From a virus (lineage: Duplodnaviria; Caudoviricetes): a DNA stretch of 25,706 nucleotides. Positions 7,149-15,811 of the stretch are shown one piece after another. Every line of letters starts with the position of its first letter. The stretch's first letter is position 1. The notes beneath the pieces are model-generated. The model ran no database searches. It had not been told where the DNA came from and worked only from the letters and a program-made list of their open reading frames with translations. The stretch is taken from positions 1-25,706 of the IMG/VR virus record IMGVR_UViG_3300014656_000117. One strand, written 5' to 3'. A program made the position numbers and the translations under genes.

Positions 7149-7334
7149 TTACTTATCCTCTTGGAATCTGATAGAACATAAACCGCAGTTCTCAATAATA
7201 TTTATGGCTTCGGCTTTGTTGAAACTGCCATCCGGCTCATTCAGGGAGACCACAGCATCTATCCAGTTGAACCCACACTTAGGGCAAAATGCCTGTCCCT
7301 TTAGACTTTCCTTAACCTCTTGTGATATTGGCAT
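7149..7334 (-). CDS. small zinc-ribbon protein
   Basis: 61 aa, CPKCG...CGLC; GGAGG RBS. Confidence 0.7.
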   Translation of the reverse strand: MPISQEVKESLKGQAFCPKCGFNWIDAVVSLNEPDGSFNKAEAINIIENCGLCSIRFQEDK

Positions 7335-7524
7335 TGACTATCCTCCTTCCCCTTTTATACTCTTTTATCAGTTTACCCTGGGGGTCGAGTAGTTTTAGCT
7401 TTCGCCTTGTTACTTCATTCTGCATGACCAGTATGTTAGAGTTGGGGCCTGACCACCTGATACCATCATCATTTAATGTCTGGGTGCGATACATATTGTG
7501 AGTGAACGGAATTGTCATTGCCAT
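7312..7524 (-). CDS. hypothetical protein
   Basis: 70 aa, TAAGGAGGT RBS. Confidence 0.7.
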   Translation of the reverse strand: MAMTIPFTHNMYRTQTLNDDGIRWSGPNSNILVMQNEVTRRKLKLLDPQGKLIKEYKRGRRIVNANITRG

Positions 7525-7649
7525 TTTCAGACCTCCTTAATACTAGACTACTAATTCGCCCTTAAACCTGTCAGAAACCTATTGTAGCAATTCTGGTGGT
7601 ATCTTGGCGGGTAGCCCCATGATAGGTTTCTGATGCTTAGTTCCTATTT

Positions 7650-7805
7650 TCATTTCTTACCCCCATGACTTCTCAAGCCAAGTCTAATTGCCCAGTTCAA
7701 CCATTTATTTATTGACCACCCCCTCCGCTTGGCTCTCTGGTTTATCCAGTCAGCTATATCATCAGGTATCCTGACTGTCTTTACTGTGGTGTTTTTTGTT
7801 GGCAT
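7650..7805 (-). CDS. Arc/Mnt-like ribbon-helix-helix regulator, 51 aa (not in the ORF track)
   Basis: MPTKNTTVKTVRIPDDIADWINQRAKRRGWSINKWLNWAIRLGLRSHGGKK*; RHH pattern; AAAGGGGG RBS; first gene after the promoter. Confidence 0.8.
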   Translation of the reverse strand: MPTKNTTVKTVRIPDDIADWINQRAKRRGWSINKWLNWAIRLGLRSHGGKK

Positions 7806-7835
7806 CTATCCCCCTTTCTTACTTGGGTATACCCC

Positions 7836-7865
7836 ATATTACCACAGTAAATAGGCATATGTCAA
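7836..7865 (-). promoter_or_regulatory. sigma70-type early promoter
   Basis: TTGACA-18 bp-TAATAT with TGn extension, just downstream of a terminator. Confidence 0.75.
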
Positions 7866-7926
7866 GTCTTTTTAGACCTATTTCGACCTGCTCTCTAAAA
7901 ATAGTATACCCCTTAAAAAAGGAAAT

Positions 7927-7960
7927 AAAAAAGACCCCCTCTCCGGTTAAGGAAAGGGGT
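7927..7960 (-). terminator. intrinsic terminator ending the structural/lysis operon
   Basis: minus strand ACCCCTTTCC-TTAACC-GGAGAGGGGGT followed by CTTTTTT. Confidence 0.8.
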
Positions 7961-7979
7961 AATCTTCATATTATATACT

Positions 7980-8177
7980 TTAAGGGTCGTGTTGTGGCTT
8001 ACAATGCTTCTCATGGCATGAAACTAGCCAGCACGTTCTTTTCTCTCTAACTAATTCCAGGTATCTTAGCCATGCGGCACCGCCGGCATGTCCAAAGTCC
8101 TCTACTCTCTCCCAGATATGGAACCAGTGGACATACCACATCCTACCAGGTCCATATCTTGATACTGAATGACACAT
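7980..8177 (-). CDS. hypothetical Cys/His/Trp-rich protein
   Basis: 65 aa, TAATG overlap with the protease gene and GGAGG RBS. Confidence 0.55.
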   Translation of the reverse strand: MCHSVSRYGPGRMWYVHWFHIWERVEDFGHAGGAAWLRYLELVREKRTCWLVSCHEKHCKPQHDP

Positions 8178-8611
8178 TAACCTCCAAATAATACAGTGTG
8201 TGCTTTATACGAGCCATCCTCAACGGGAATAAAGTCCCCTGATTGAGGCTCAAAATATATCAGGCCATCTTTATGCACTAGCAGGTTAAATCCGTGCTCC
8301 CCCCAGGGTGACTTACCTATGGCTACCCCACAAGTATTGAGCTGGTATCTCTCGCTTACCCGGGCCGATACTAACATAGCAAAGTTCTCGCAATCAAACT
8401 TGTCTACTGTATATTTCGGCATACCAAAGCAAACGTCTTTCAATACCTTGCCCCAGTCCACAAGGGATATGAACCAGTAATTGTAGTCCCAGATGTAGGA
8501 CTTCTCCAAGCCTAGAGGCTGTAGCATAGCCGAAAACTCAGTTGCGCTTATCTGATACTCTTTTGGCTTTGTTAGATGTTCAATCGGGGGGTTAAACTTT
8601 AATCTACACAT
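8177..8611 (-). CDS. papain-like cysteine protease related to the MOA (Marasmius oreades agglutinin) C-terminal domain; putative lysis enzyme
   Basis: FDCENFA, GEHGFN and YFEPQ match the Cys-His-Glu triad motifs of that domain. Confidence 0.75.
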   Translation of the reverse strand: MCRLKFNPPIEHLTKPKEYQISATEFSAMLQPLGLEKSYIWDYNYWFISLVDWGKVLKDVCFGMPKYTVDKFDCENFAMLVSARVSERYQLNTCGVAIGKSPWGEHGFNLLVHKDGLIYFEPQSGDFIPVEDGSYKAHTVLFGG

Positions 8612-8614
8612 TGC

Positions 8615-8854
8615 TCAGCCGCCTATTACAACATGGGTTATGCTAGCATCAATAACACCGAGACCGATTAACAGAGAAATCAGTGAGGCTAGGGTTATCT
8701 CCAGGCGGGTTAATCGCATGTCCCTCTTTGCCCCGTTGCCGTTTATCTGCTCAAGGTGTTTCTCCTGTGATTCGGTACGCTCATCAAGCCTCTGTACAGT
8801 ACCATACATTTCAACAAGTATTTCATCTCTTCTTACTGGTGTCAGTCTTGCCAT
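8615..8854 (-). CDS. XhlA/holin-like membrane protein (start revised to MARLTP, 79 aa)
   Basis: coiled coil (VQRLDERTE..HLEQING..RLTRLE) plus a C-terminal transmembrane helix; GAGGAG RBS. Confidence 0.65.
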   Translation of the reverse strand: MARLTPVRRDEILVEMYGTVQRLDERTESQEKHLEQINGNGAKRDMRLTRLEITLASLISLLIGLGVIDASITHVVIGG

Positions 8855-8978
8855 CTTGTTTCTCCTCATAGTCATTAGCTGTCTTCAATATTAAGGGGGT
8901 GAAGGTTGTAAACCCACACCCTATGCAGACTCCGGCTGAGTCGGGGTTTATCTGGTTACATTCTGAGCAGACCTTCAT
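8823..8978 (-). CDS. 51-aa zinc-ribbon microprotein (not in the ORF track)
   Basis: MKVCSECNQINPDSAGVCIGCGFTTFTPLILKTANDYEEKQDGKTDTSKKR*; CxxC-x10-CxxC; TAATG coupling; GAGGT RBS. Confidence 0.7.
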   Translation of the reverse strand: MKVCSECNQINPDSAGVCIGCGFTTFTPLILKTANDYEEKQDGKTDTSKKR

Positions 8979-9220
8979 TATTTACCTCGCCACAGCGAGA
9001 TAAAGAATCTATATAAGACTATCAGTGAAAAGGTAAAGATAGTTGATGACAGGCCGAACTCAAACATTATCATGTGCTTATCAGGGTCAATCAAGTGGAT
9101 AGAACCGCCACTATGATAAAGAGCAGCAAATACCCAGAGTTGGAATCCAGCCGACAATGCGAATAGAACTAGAACTGATAGCGTAAAGAAAAATTTGCTT
9201 GGCTTATTATCTTCACTCAT
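8978..9220 (-). CDS. two-TM membrane protein, holin candidate (probable start MSEDNK)
   Basis: two hydrophobic segments and a basic C-terminus; follows the tail gene. Confidence 0.55.
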   Translation of the reverse strand: MSEDNKPSKFFFTLSVLVLFALSAGFQLWVFAALYHSGGSIHLIDPDKHMIMFEFGLSSTIFTFSLIVLYRFFISLWRGK

Positions 9221-9236
9221 AACATTCGTCCTTACC

Positions 9237-11996
9237 CTAATGTAATTGCTCATCAGAATAGGTAGATACTGTGGGGGCACCAGCCACTATAGCAAACCTG
9301 AAATACCAGTTTACTGGAACTATAAAGGTAAATGGCATACGGACTGATGTAGCTCCAGATTGAGATAGTCTGGCTCTTATTGTAGTAGGAGCAGTGGTGC
9401 TATCCATCTGAAATGAAACCTGGTCTCCATCCGCAAGTACAACAGTTATCGTCTGTACCAGGAGCTTACCTGTCGTATTCTGATAAATAGTATTAAGTGC
9501 TCTGACTGTTGAAGCTACAGCTATGGTAACAAGTTCTACCGCCCTTGCTGCATCGGTGCTACCAACAGTAGGAGCAGCCAAGTTAATGACCTTTGACACA
9601 TTCATATCCAGGTTGCCGCCAATGTCAAAGTCATGCATTTGTCCTCCAGCAGTTATCGGTACATTCATGTTGCCAGCGACTATAGGAACTCCATTCGTAG
9701 TGTCCCTGATATTATGACCATTGACCTCTAAGGCAGCACCTAGCTGTGGGGATAAGTCTTCTACTATGTTTTGCAGACTGCTAGCCGTTATAGCAGCATC
9801 AGCCTGTGTTTTAGTATAATAGGGTAGTAGTGCTGTGGGTATCTGCTCATCGGCAGGCACTTCACCTTCAAGCCAGCCCAGACTAGTAACTATTTCATTA
9901 TATAGCGCAACCAAAGCTCCCAAACCTTTATCTCCCCATAACTCGTCAATGGCAGCTTCCACCCACTTCATACCTGTCAGTTCTTTTGCATATTCACCTC
10001 TGCCATATAGCCAATCAAGTTGATCATCTACTATCTCAAGGCTGGGCTTAATCATGCCCCATTTTAAGATTTGCTCTTCCGTAGTAGGTTCTGGTATCGG
10101 CTCCCTTTGTAATAACGAAGGTCTTGTCCCAGGAACACCTTTAAGGGCAACCCCACCAAAGCCAAAGTCCATTCTCCAAGTAGTCCCAGGCTTATATGAC
10201 CGCCTGATAGAGCCGAGGTTTCCCGTCCTGGTATCGCTTTGCCTGCTGTCAGTAACCAAATCATAGTCAAACACTTCAGCGCCAAGGTTCATTGGAACAG
10301 AGGCACTACCTCTTTGGGCTGCTACCTCTAATCGGGAAATCATCGCCGTTGCTATGCTAATGCCTTGAGCATCGCTGATTAGACTAGTTCTTATGTAATC
10401 GCTTATAGGCAGTAAGGCGAAACTTGTTGCACTGGTGAACGTACCCGAATACTCAGTCTCATCTGTCTTCAGAGATGTAACAACAACGCGGTTAGGAATT
10501 ACTAGAGCTTCACGGATTGCCTTTGAGAAGAACACATGACCCGCCGTAAGTGAATACTCAGAGTCGTAAACTGTTCCCGATGTTACTGGCACGAACACAT
10601 GAATCTTGCCGTCTGCCTCTACACGCTTCTCGCACCCTGTATAACCAAGTAGCTGGTTTATCTTATCAAGGCGGCTCTGCCCCTCGTAAATCCTGAAAGC
10701 ATCCTTTGGCAGGTAAACATCAAGGAGAGGGTCTTCAATAGTATAAGCATCACCGGTGTCCCACTGGTTATCTCCGCCACCGGCCAGAGCAACTACGGTG
10801 GCAGTCGTGGCGTCATTATCCGTGACAGTACCAGAACTTCCATCGGTAACATTGTAAATTATCTGCCCGATTAACGCATCAGTCTTAAAGGCAGCAGCAG
10901 AGTCAGTCAGTATAGTTGCATGGATTCCGGCAGTGTGCGTCCCATGTGGGTCATAGACAACTTCGTAGGCTTCGCAATAAGTCTCAGGCCCAGTACCCCT
11001 CGCCCAGCAGTCGATTCCAGCACCGGTGTATTTGTAGCGGTACAAACAGTCAAGGTCAGTATATTCCACTACCCCACCATTAACCTTCACAAGCCACTCA
11101 TCAGGTTTTACGGCAACCGAACTATAGGCGACTTGCACATAGTTGCCTGCATCACCATCAGTATATTCGCAGTAAATCCAGACACCACCAATCCATTCTT
11201 TGGCCACACCATCCCAAGTCATCTCCTCGTCTATTGCTGCTGATGCGTCAAAGGTTGCTTCCCTCCAAGTGCCTACACCATCGAGAGTGTTGGCGTTACC
11301 CCAAACCTTTGTAAGTAGAATAGCCTGTGGAGCCTCAACCTGCCTCACGACAAAGGTTATATCACCTGCTGGGGCACCTGATTTCTTTAACATGAAGGAC
11401 AACTTGGTAACTGTCCTGGAAATAGAAAGTCTTTGCCCTGCGGCGTCTAGCGTATTATCAAGGTTAATGTAGCTTATGCCTGCAACGGCATTATAGTCCT
11501 CTTGCTTTTCCGTTAGTTCTACCGCGACTGGTTCCCCATCGGCTATCTCGGTAAGCATGGACTTGACTGTCTTGGTGTCCGACCAGTGGTGGAAGTAATC
11601 TTTACTCGCCTTATCCTCTGCAAGTCGATTCGGTATTCCAATCAGGGAGAACTGACATTGCAAGATGCCTGGCAACGAAGACAGATTTTGAGATAATACT
11701 TTCAGTGGCGCTACAGCAGAATACTCATTCCCGATTGACGTAACAAGCCCCCACTCAAAAACTGCATCCCAACCCTCCAGGTTAAGGGCAGTAAAGTAAC
11801 CATCTGAATTATGGCAAATTACCTCGACAGTCTGGCTATCCGATGTCTCTTCATGTGATGGTATGCTCAAGATTCGGTCATGCTCAACGACAACATTAGC
11901 CGCTATAGCAAGGGGGTCGGAGAAGGTAATGCGTATTAAAGGGTCAATGACAGCAGCCTCCATCGCAGTTTGTAATGTTCCTGGAAGTGTCCTCAT
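9237..11996 (-). CDS. large multidomain tail/baseplate-type virion protein with fibre-like C-terminus
   Basis: 919 aa beta-rich; EDLSPQLGAALEVNGHNI and VINLAAPT..DAA fibre-type motifs; C-terminal RALNTIYQNTTGK..TFIVP tail-tip-like domain; position at the end of the structural module. Confidence 0.7.
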   Translation of the reverse strand: MRTLPGTLQTAMEAAVIDPLIRITFSDPLAIAANVVVEHDRILSIPSHEETSDSQTVEVICHNSDGYFTALNLEGWDAVFEWGLVTSIGNEYSAVAPLKVLSQNLSSLPGILQCQFSLIGIPNRLAEDKASKDYFHHWSDTKTVKSMLTEIADGEPVAVELTEKQEDYNAVAGISYINLDNTLDAAGQRLSISRTVTKLSFMLKKSGAPAGDITFVVRQVEAPQAILLTKVWGNANTLDGVGTWREATFDASAAIDEEMTWDGVAKEWIGGVWIYCEYTDGDAGNYVQVAYSSVAVKPDEWLVKVNGGVVEYTDLDCLYRYKYTGAGIDCWARGTGPETYCEAYEVVYDPHGTHTAGIHATILTDSAAAFKTDALIGQIIYNVTDGSSGTVTDNDATTATVVALAGGGDNQWDTGDAYTIEDPLLDVYLPKDAFRIYEGQSRLDKINQLLGYTGCEKRVEADGKIHVFVPVTSGTVYDSEYSLTAGHVFFSKAIREALVIPNRVVVTSLKTDETEYSGTFTSATSFALLPISDYIRTSLISDAQGISIATAMISRLEVAAQRGSASVPMNLGAEVFDYDLVTDSRQSDTRTGNLGSIRRSYKPGTTWRMDFGFGGVALKGVPGTRPSLLQREPIPEPTTEEQILKWGMIKPSLEIVDDQLDWLYGRGEYAKELTGMKWVEAAIDELWGDKGLGALVALYNEIVTSLGWLEGEVPADEQIPTALLPYYTKTQADAAITASSLQNIVEDLSPQLGAALEVNGHNIRDTTNGVPIVAGNMNVPITAGGQMHDFDIGGNLDMNVSKVINLAAPTVGSTDAARAVELVTIAVASTVRALNTIYQNTTGKLLVQTITVVLADGDQVSFQMDSTTAPTTIRARLSQSGATSVRMPFTFIVPVNWYFRFAIVAGAPTVSTYSDEQLH

Positions 11997-11998
11997 AT

Positions 11999-12358
11999 TT
12001 AAGCCTCTAGCAGTGTGTACTCAACATTGCAGATTCCTGTGTCTGCTATGGCATAGACTGTGGCACTGTTATGACGATAAAGAGCAAACTCCCCGGCATT
12101 TATTCTAATATCATAAACCCCGGTTGTAGACCCAATTCGCACATAGTTTGTAGTATCGAGGTTTTTGATAAGCATATATCCTGGAGTTGCCAACTCTAGC
12201 CCTTGCGCTATCTCTTCCTCAGCAGCAAAACCTATTGCTTGGATACCGCTAGTATAAGCATCCCCAGCGACAGTAACCTTTTTGGTATACTGCCTGGAAA
12301 CCGTAGCACCACCTTTACTGAAATCAAGGTTAACTATCAATGAAAGTTCGTTGGCCAT
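11999..12358 (-). CDS. putative virion structural protein
   Basis: 119 aa beta-rich (GYMLIKNLDTTNYVRIG..IRINAGEFA); AAGGAGG RBS. Confidence 0.7.
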   Translation of the reverse strand: MANELSLIVNLDFSKGGATVSRQYTKKVTVAGDAYTSGIQAIGFAAEEEIAQGLELATPGYMLIKNLDTTNYVRIGSTTGVYDIRINAGEFALYRHNSATVYAIADTGICNVEYTLLEA

Positions 12359-12373
12359 ATTTCCCTCCTTTTA

Positions 12374-13204
12374 CTAATCCGTTGGATAAGTCCGATAGGT
12401 CCTGGGCTTCGTCATTCGTTTAAGGTCTCTCTGGTATAGAACGAGTTTATTGTTCCCCCAGGTTTGATAAGAGTTAATGACACCGGAGATTGACAACCTG
12501 CTCGTCAACTCTCTGGTAAACCCTTGAGACTGAGCCAAGTAGCCACTGTTGGCGTTCCTAATTTCTCCCCCTGCCTGGTTGATGTAGTCTCCTAAAGGAT
12601 TACCACCAACGTATATCTTATTGAATCCCAAGTCTCGCCCACTACTTAGGTCTTCTATTGCCTGTCCTACCCTACCCGACATGGCACTAACGGCGATATT
12701 GATGTCTTGGACTCTAATAAGGGCTTCCCTTACCTGGTCTTTAATCTTGTTTACCCAGCCTAGTGAAGCCTTAGCCACAACCCCTGCTACCAGAAGGCGT
12801 TGAAGTTGAGGAGACAGGGTATTTACTACCTCAGTTAGTTGATGCACCTTATGGCAAAACAGGTAGATGTCCTCGTCAGCAGTAGGCTTGGTATCAATGT
12901 CAATCGTCAAGGTAGTGCCGAATACAGATATATTCCTGAAATCACGGGGGTCATTATCTATTGGAAACTCAACCCTGTCCACTTCAATCAAGTCCTCAAT
13001 AGTGCTAATATCCAAATCCCTTGAGGCTGCTGTGGTCAGTTCCTCCTTGACTTCATAAGGTATCCGTTCTGATATTTCAGTCCGAACATCATCGATATAC
13101 AGGTCAAGTTCATCATCTGTGAAGTCCTGCTCAGAGCCTTCGACAAACTCATCATTGAGGAATTGCCTGATAATAGTTCTTACTTCGGTTAGTTCTCCTG
13201 CCAT
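12374..13204 (-). CDS. head-tail adaptor/connector protein
   Basis: N-terminal LTEVRTIIRQFLND...FTDDELDLYI helical motif typical of adaptor proteins; position in the module. Confidence 0.65.
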   Translation of the reverse strand: MAGELTEVRTIIRQFLNDEFVEGSEQDFTDDELDLYIDDVRTEISERIPYEVKEELTTAASRDLDISTIEDLIEVDRVEFPIDNDPRDFRNISVFGTTLTIDIDTKPTADEDIYLFCHKVHQLTEVVNTLSPQLQRLLVAGVVAKASLGWVNKIKDQVREALIRVQDINIAVSAMSGRVGQAIEDLSSGRDLGFNKIYVGGNPLGDYINQAGGEIRNANSGYLAQSQGFTRELTSRLSISGVINSYQTWGNNKLVLYQRDLKRMTKPRTYRTYPTD

Positions 13205-13212
13205 AATTCACC

Positions 13213-13383
13213 TCACTCTCTGGCTTTCTTGCCAGTCGGCTCCCAGCCTGTCTCCTTTATTGCCCTCAGTAGATTCAGTTGCCTCTGAGCCTTTATCCTA
13301 CTATCGTGAGTTCCTTTGACATCTTTGGTTGAAGTATTTAAGACCACGAATTTCCCATTTCTCTCCTCGATTGCATAGGGCAC
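13213..13383 (-). CDS. 56-aa small phage protein (GTG start; not in the ORF track)
   Basis: MPYAIEERNGKFVVLNTSTKDVKGTHDSRIKAQRQLNLLRAIKETGWEPTGKKARE*; TAAGGAGGT RBS. Confidence 0.8.
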   Translation of the reverse strand: MPYAIEERNGKFVVLNTSTKDVKGTHDSRIKAQRQLNLLRAIKETGWEPTGKKARE

Positions 13384-13394
13384 TTGACACCTCC

Positions 13395-13856
13395 TTATAA
13401 TACACTCGGATGATGGTAAACCTTAATGTTTAACGTACTTGTACCAATACTGTCTGCCACCTCACCCTTGAAAACACTATTAGCTGGTATCGTTATCCCC
13501 TGTATCGGAACAACAATGGATGAGTTTTGCACACCACCTCTTGTCATACTGGCAAAAGCCCATTCGGTATCATCTGCTCCGTAGGTAAACCGAATAGTAT
13601 AAGAAGCATTGGCACTCATGCCGCTAATACTGATATGCTTAACATTATAAGCATATGCGATAGTATTGATTGGTATTATCTCCGTCAGAGTTCCATATGT
13701 CCACGCAGTACCATTTGCAGGCAGGGTTATTGGCAGAGCCAAGCTAGGATAAATATCCTGCTTCGAATGTAACTCCCCCAATACTAGAGCAGCCAAAACT
13801 GCTGCGTCATCTACTGAAATCTGCACCCTTTTTAATTTCCCAATCAAGTCTATCAT
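13395..13856 (-). CDS. putative virion structural protein
   Basis: 153 aa beta-rich, TAATG-coupled. Confidence 0.7.
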   Translation of the reverse strand: MIDLIGKLKRVQISVDDAAVLAALVLGELHSKQDIYPSLALPITLPANGTAWTYGTLTEIIPINTIAYAYNVKHISISGMSANASYTIRFTYGADDTEWAFASMTRGGVQNSSIVVPIQGITIPANSVFKGEVADSIGTSTLNIKVYHHPSVL

Positions 13857-14566
13857 TACGGATACCCCAATCTGTAAAGTAATCTATGTTCGTCTGCTGT
13901 TAAAGCCCTTGACCATGCTCTAGGACGGTGGAATTTAGCCTTAAACCAGTTCATATCTTCTGTATATCTGCATCCGATTCTAAAATCATCAACAAGGCTG
14001 GAAGCAGGGTCTTGCAACGGCCCACCTATTGTTGCAATCGGCACTCCATCCCGATAATGATAAGCGTTAGCCCCAATCCTTGAATAACTGAATAAATGCC
14101 ACTCGCCTGGAGTCCACCCCAAAGAATAAGTGGCTGTCCTAGTCCCTCCATGGTGATGTCTTACAGTTATAGATTCAGCAGCCCCGATTTTAGTTACGTA
14201 GACTTCCCACCCTCTTGAATCCACCACATACTTGCCCATCATAATTTGAGATAATCCTGTATCAGTCCAATTGAACCACATTGCTAAACTGTAATCGGTG
14301 GTGGTGAAGTTCAGGTTAGTGCAATCCGCAGCCGGTATATCAAGAAACTGGTTAGTGTTGAGAGTCGGATATATAGCATTGATACTCAAACCAAAATTAC
14401 CCACTGCCAGTTGTTGCCATAACGGAACTCCAACAGACGAGTGCATCGTCGCCATGCTGTGATTCTTGGACTCGTCATGGACAAATAATCCATTGGCCTC
14501 CAGCATTGAGAGGTCGAGTTGAATGTCCTCATTGAGTGCTAAACTGTCATAATGTGTAGCTGGCAT
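13856..14566 (-). CDS. LamG / concanavalin A-like beta-sandwich virion protein
   Basis: VHDESKN, DYSLAMWFN, GEWHLFSYSR...YRDG, DFRIG, RAWSRALTADE motifs. Confidence 0.85.
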   Translation of the reverse strand: MPATHYDSLALNEDIQLDLSMLEANGLFVHDESKNHSMATMHSSVGVPLWQQLAVGNFGLSINAIYPTLNTNQFLDIPAADCTNLNFTTTDYSLAMWFNWTDTGLSQIMMGKYVVDSRGWEVYVTKIGAAESITVRHHHGGTRTATYSLGWTPGEWHLFSYSRIGANAYHYRDGVPIATIGGPLQDPASSLVDDFRIGCRYTEDMNWFKAKFHRPRAWSRALTADEHRLLYRLGYP

Positions 14567-15096
14567 TATATCTCATAATGCGCGTCCCAGGGATAAGCCC
14601 GGTTCGTGCCTCCAGTTTTTTCAATGGTAACTGAAACTCCGTACCTGTTAGGACTTAGTTCCACCTTAATCATGGGTGGAGATATCACCCCGATATATTC
14701 AACCTCGTCAACCAGTAGAAGACCGGCGCCTCCCGGGGCGTTGTCATAATACTCACGCACGACGATAGTTTCCGTGGCTGTTTGTGCCGTACAGTTTATC
14801 ATGACGCATATCGGTCGGTACTCTCCGAGAGGGGTGGAATTGATATAGACGTTCTGCTCAGTACCATCCGTTGTTACCGTCCCGCCTGTTTCTGATAGAG
14901 TCGGTAAAGCATTAGTGACTGCCAGAATATCAGTAACGTCTGCCTGAACCAGCACCACGTCAGCATCCAAGTCTGCGACATCAAGCAATAACTGGTCAAC
15001 ATCTAACTGCATGGCATCAACAGCAGCTTGCAGAATAACGATAACCGCTAAAATAGCAGCATCCCAATCTATATCATAATGAGTTCTGACTGCCAT
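14566..15096 (-). CDS. putative virion fibre/decoration protein (coiled coil plus beta domain)
   Basis: heptads LQAAVDAMQLDVDQLLLDVADLDADV followed by a beta-rich domain. Confidence 0.65.
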   Translation of the reverse strand: MAVRTHYDIDWDAAILAVIVILQAAVDAMQLDVDQLLLDVADLDADVVLVQADVTDILAVTNALPTLSETGGTVTTDGTEQNVYINSTPLGEYRPICVMINCTAQTATETIVVREYYDNAPGGAGLLLVDEVEYIGVISPPMIKVELSPNRYGVSVTIEKTGGTNRAYPWDAHYEI

Positions 15097-15471
15097 CTAA
15101 ATACCCTCACCTAAACGGTCGATTCGGTAAGTCGCCTGGCTATCCGCAACTTCAGCCTTTCCCTGAAGTATCATCCGAGCATAAGACCTGTTATAGAGAA
15201 ACTCAGCCACCTCACCTGCTGCCAATACTGTCTCTGCTACCTTCTCATCCTGCACAGGGTCTTGAGTGTCCTTAGATACAGCAAGAGACATCTGTGTTAG
15301 GAGTTTATAGTGCAGACCATTTAAGGCATGGGTATTCTTCAGTAAGATGCTCTTCCTTGACATGGCTTGAGTAATCCAGTCCATAGCATCAACATAGGCA
15401 TTAGTGGTAGTGCCTGTTAGTTTTCTCCAAGCCGCCCACGGCTCTATGGTAGACCTTACCTCTTCTCCCAA
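15097..15471 (-). CDS. putative virion structural protein
   Basis: 124 aa, TTG start, tightly packed in the operon. Confidence 0.6.
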   Translation of the reverse strand: MGEEVRSTIEPWAAWRKLTGTTTNAYVDAMDWITQAMSRKSILLKNTHALNGLHYKLLTQMSLAVSKDTQDPVQDEKVAETVLAAGEVAEFLYNRSYARMILQGKAEVADSQATYRIDRLGEGI

Positions 15472-15482
15472 TGTCTTACCCC

Positions 15483-15728
15483 TTATTTATGCGTTCTTTG
15501 ATGACTTTTCAATCCGAGAAGCGATTTACACTCTCTACCACATACATTGCACACAAGGTCTGGTGTAGAGGGTGTTACACCCGTCTCAGTGGCTCTGGTA
15601 GTGGGTTCAGGTAAGAGTTCTCGCCACCTGCCCGATGTTAAACAATCGGTGCATACAGGTTTCTTCTCTCCCCAGCCTCCATCCATCAGACGTGCTGTTT
15701 CATTTTTATTACATACTGCACAAAGCAT
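15483..15728 (-). CDS. small protein with a CxxC/CxxC treble-clef-like segment and a C2H2 zinc finger
   Basis: CAVC..CTDC and CNVCGRECKSLLGLKSHQRTH; AAGGAGG RBS. Confidence 0.8.
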   Translation of the reverse strand: MLCAVCNKNETARLMDGGWGEKKPVCTDCLTSGRWRELLPEPTTRATETGVTPSTPDLVCNVCGRECKSLLGLKSHQRTHK

Positions 15729-15811
15729 AATTTAGTCCTCCTTCTTTTCCAGTGGGCGGGGGAGTTACCCCCCAACCCACCTTTAGGAATGATGCCTGCC
15801 GAGTGGGCAGG

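Noticed and set aside
15483-15560. C2H2 finger as evidence of eukaryotic origin
   Set aside because: Single C2H2-like fingers are common in phage head-region proteins and the context is prokaryotic (SD sites, operons)
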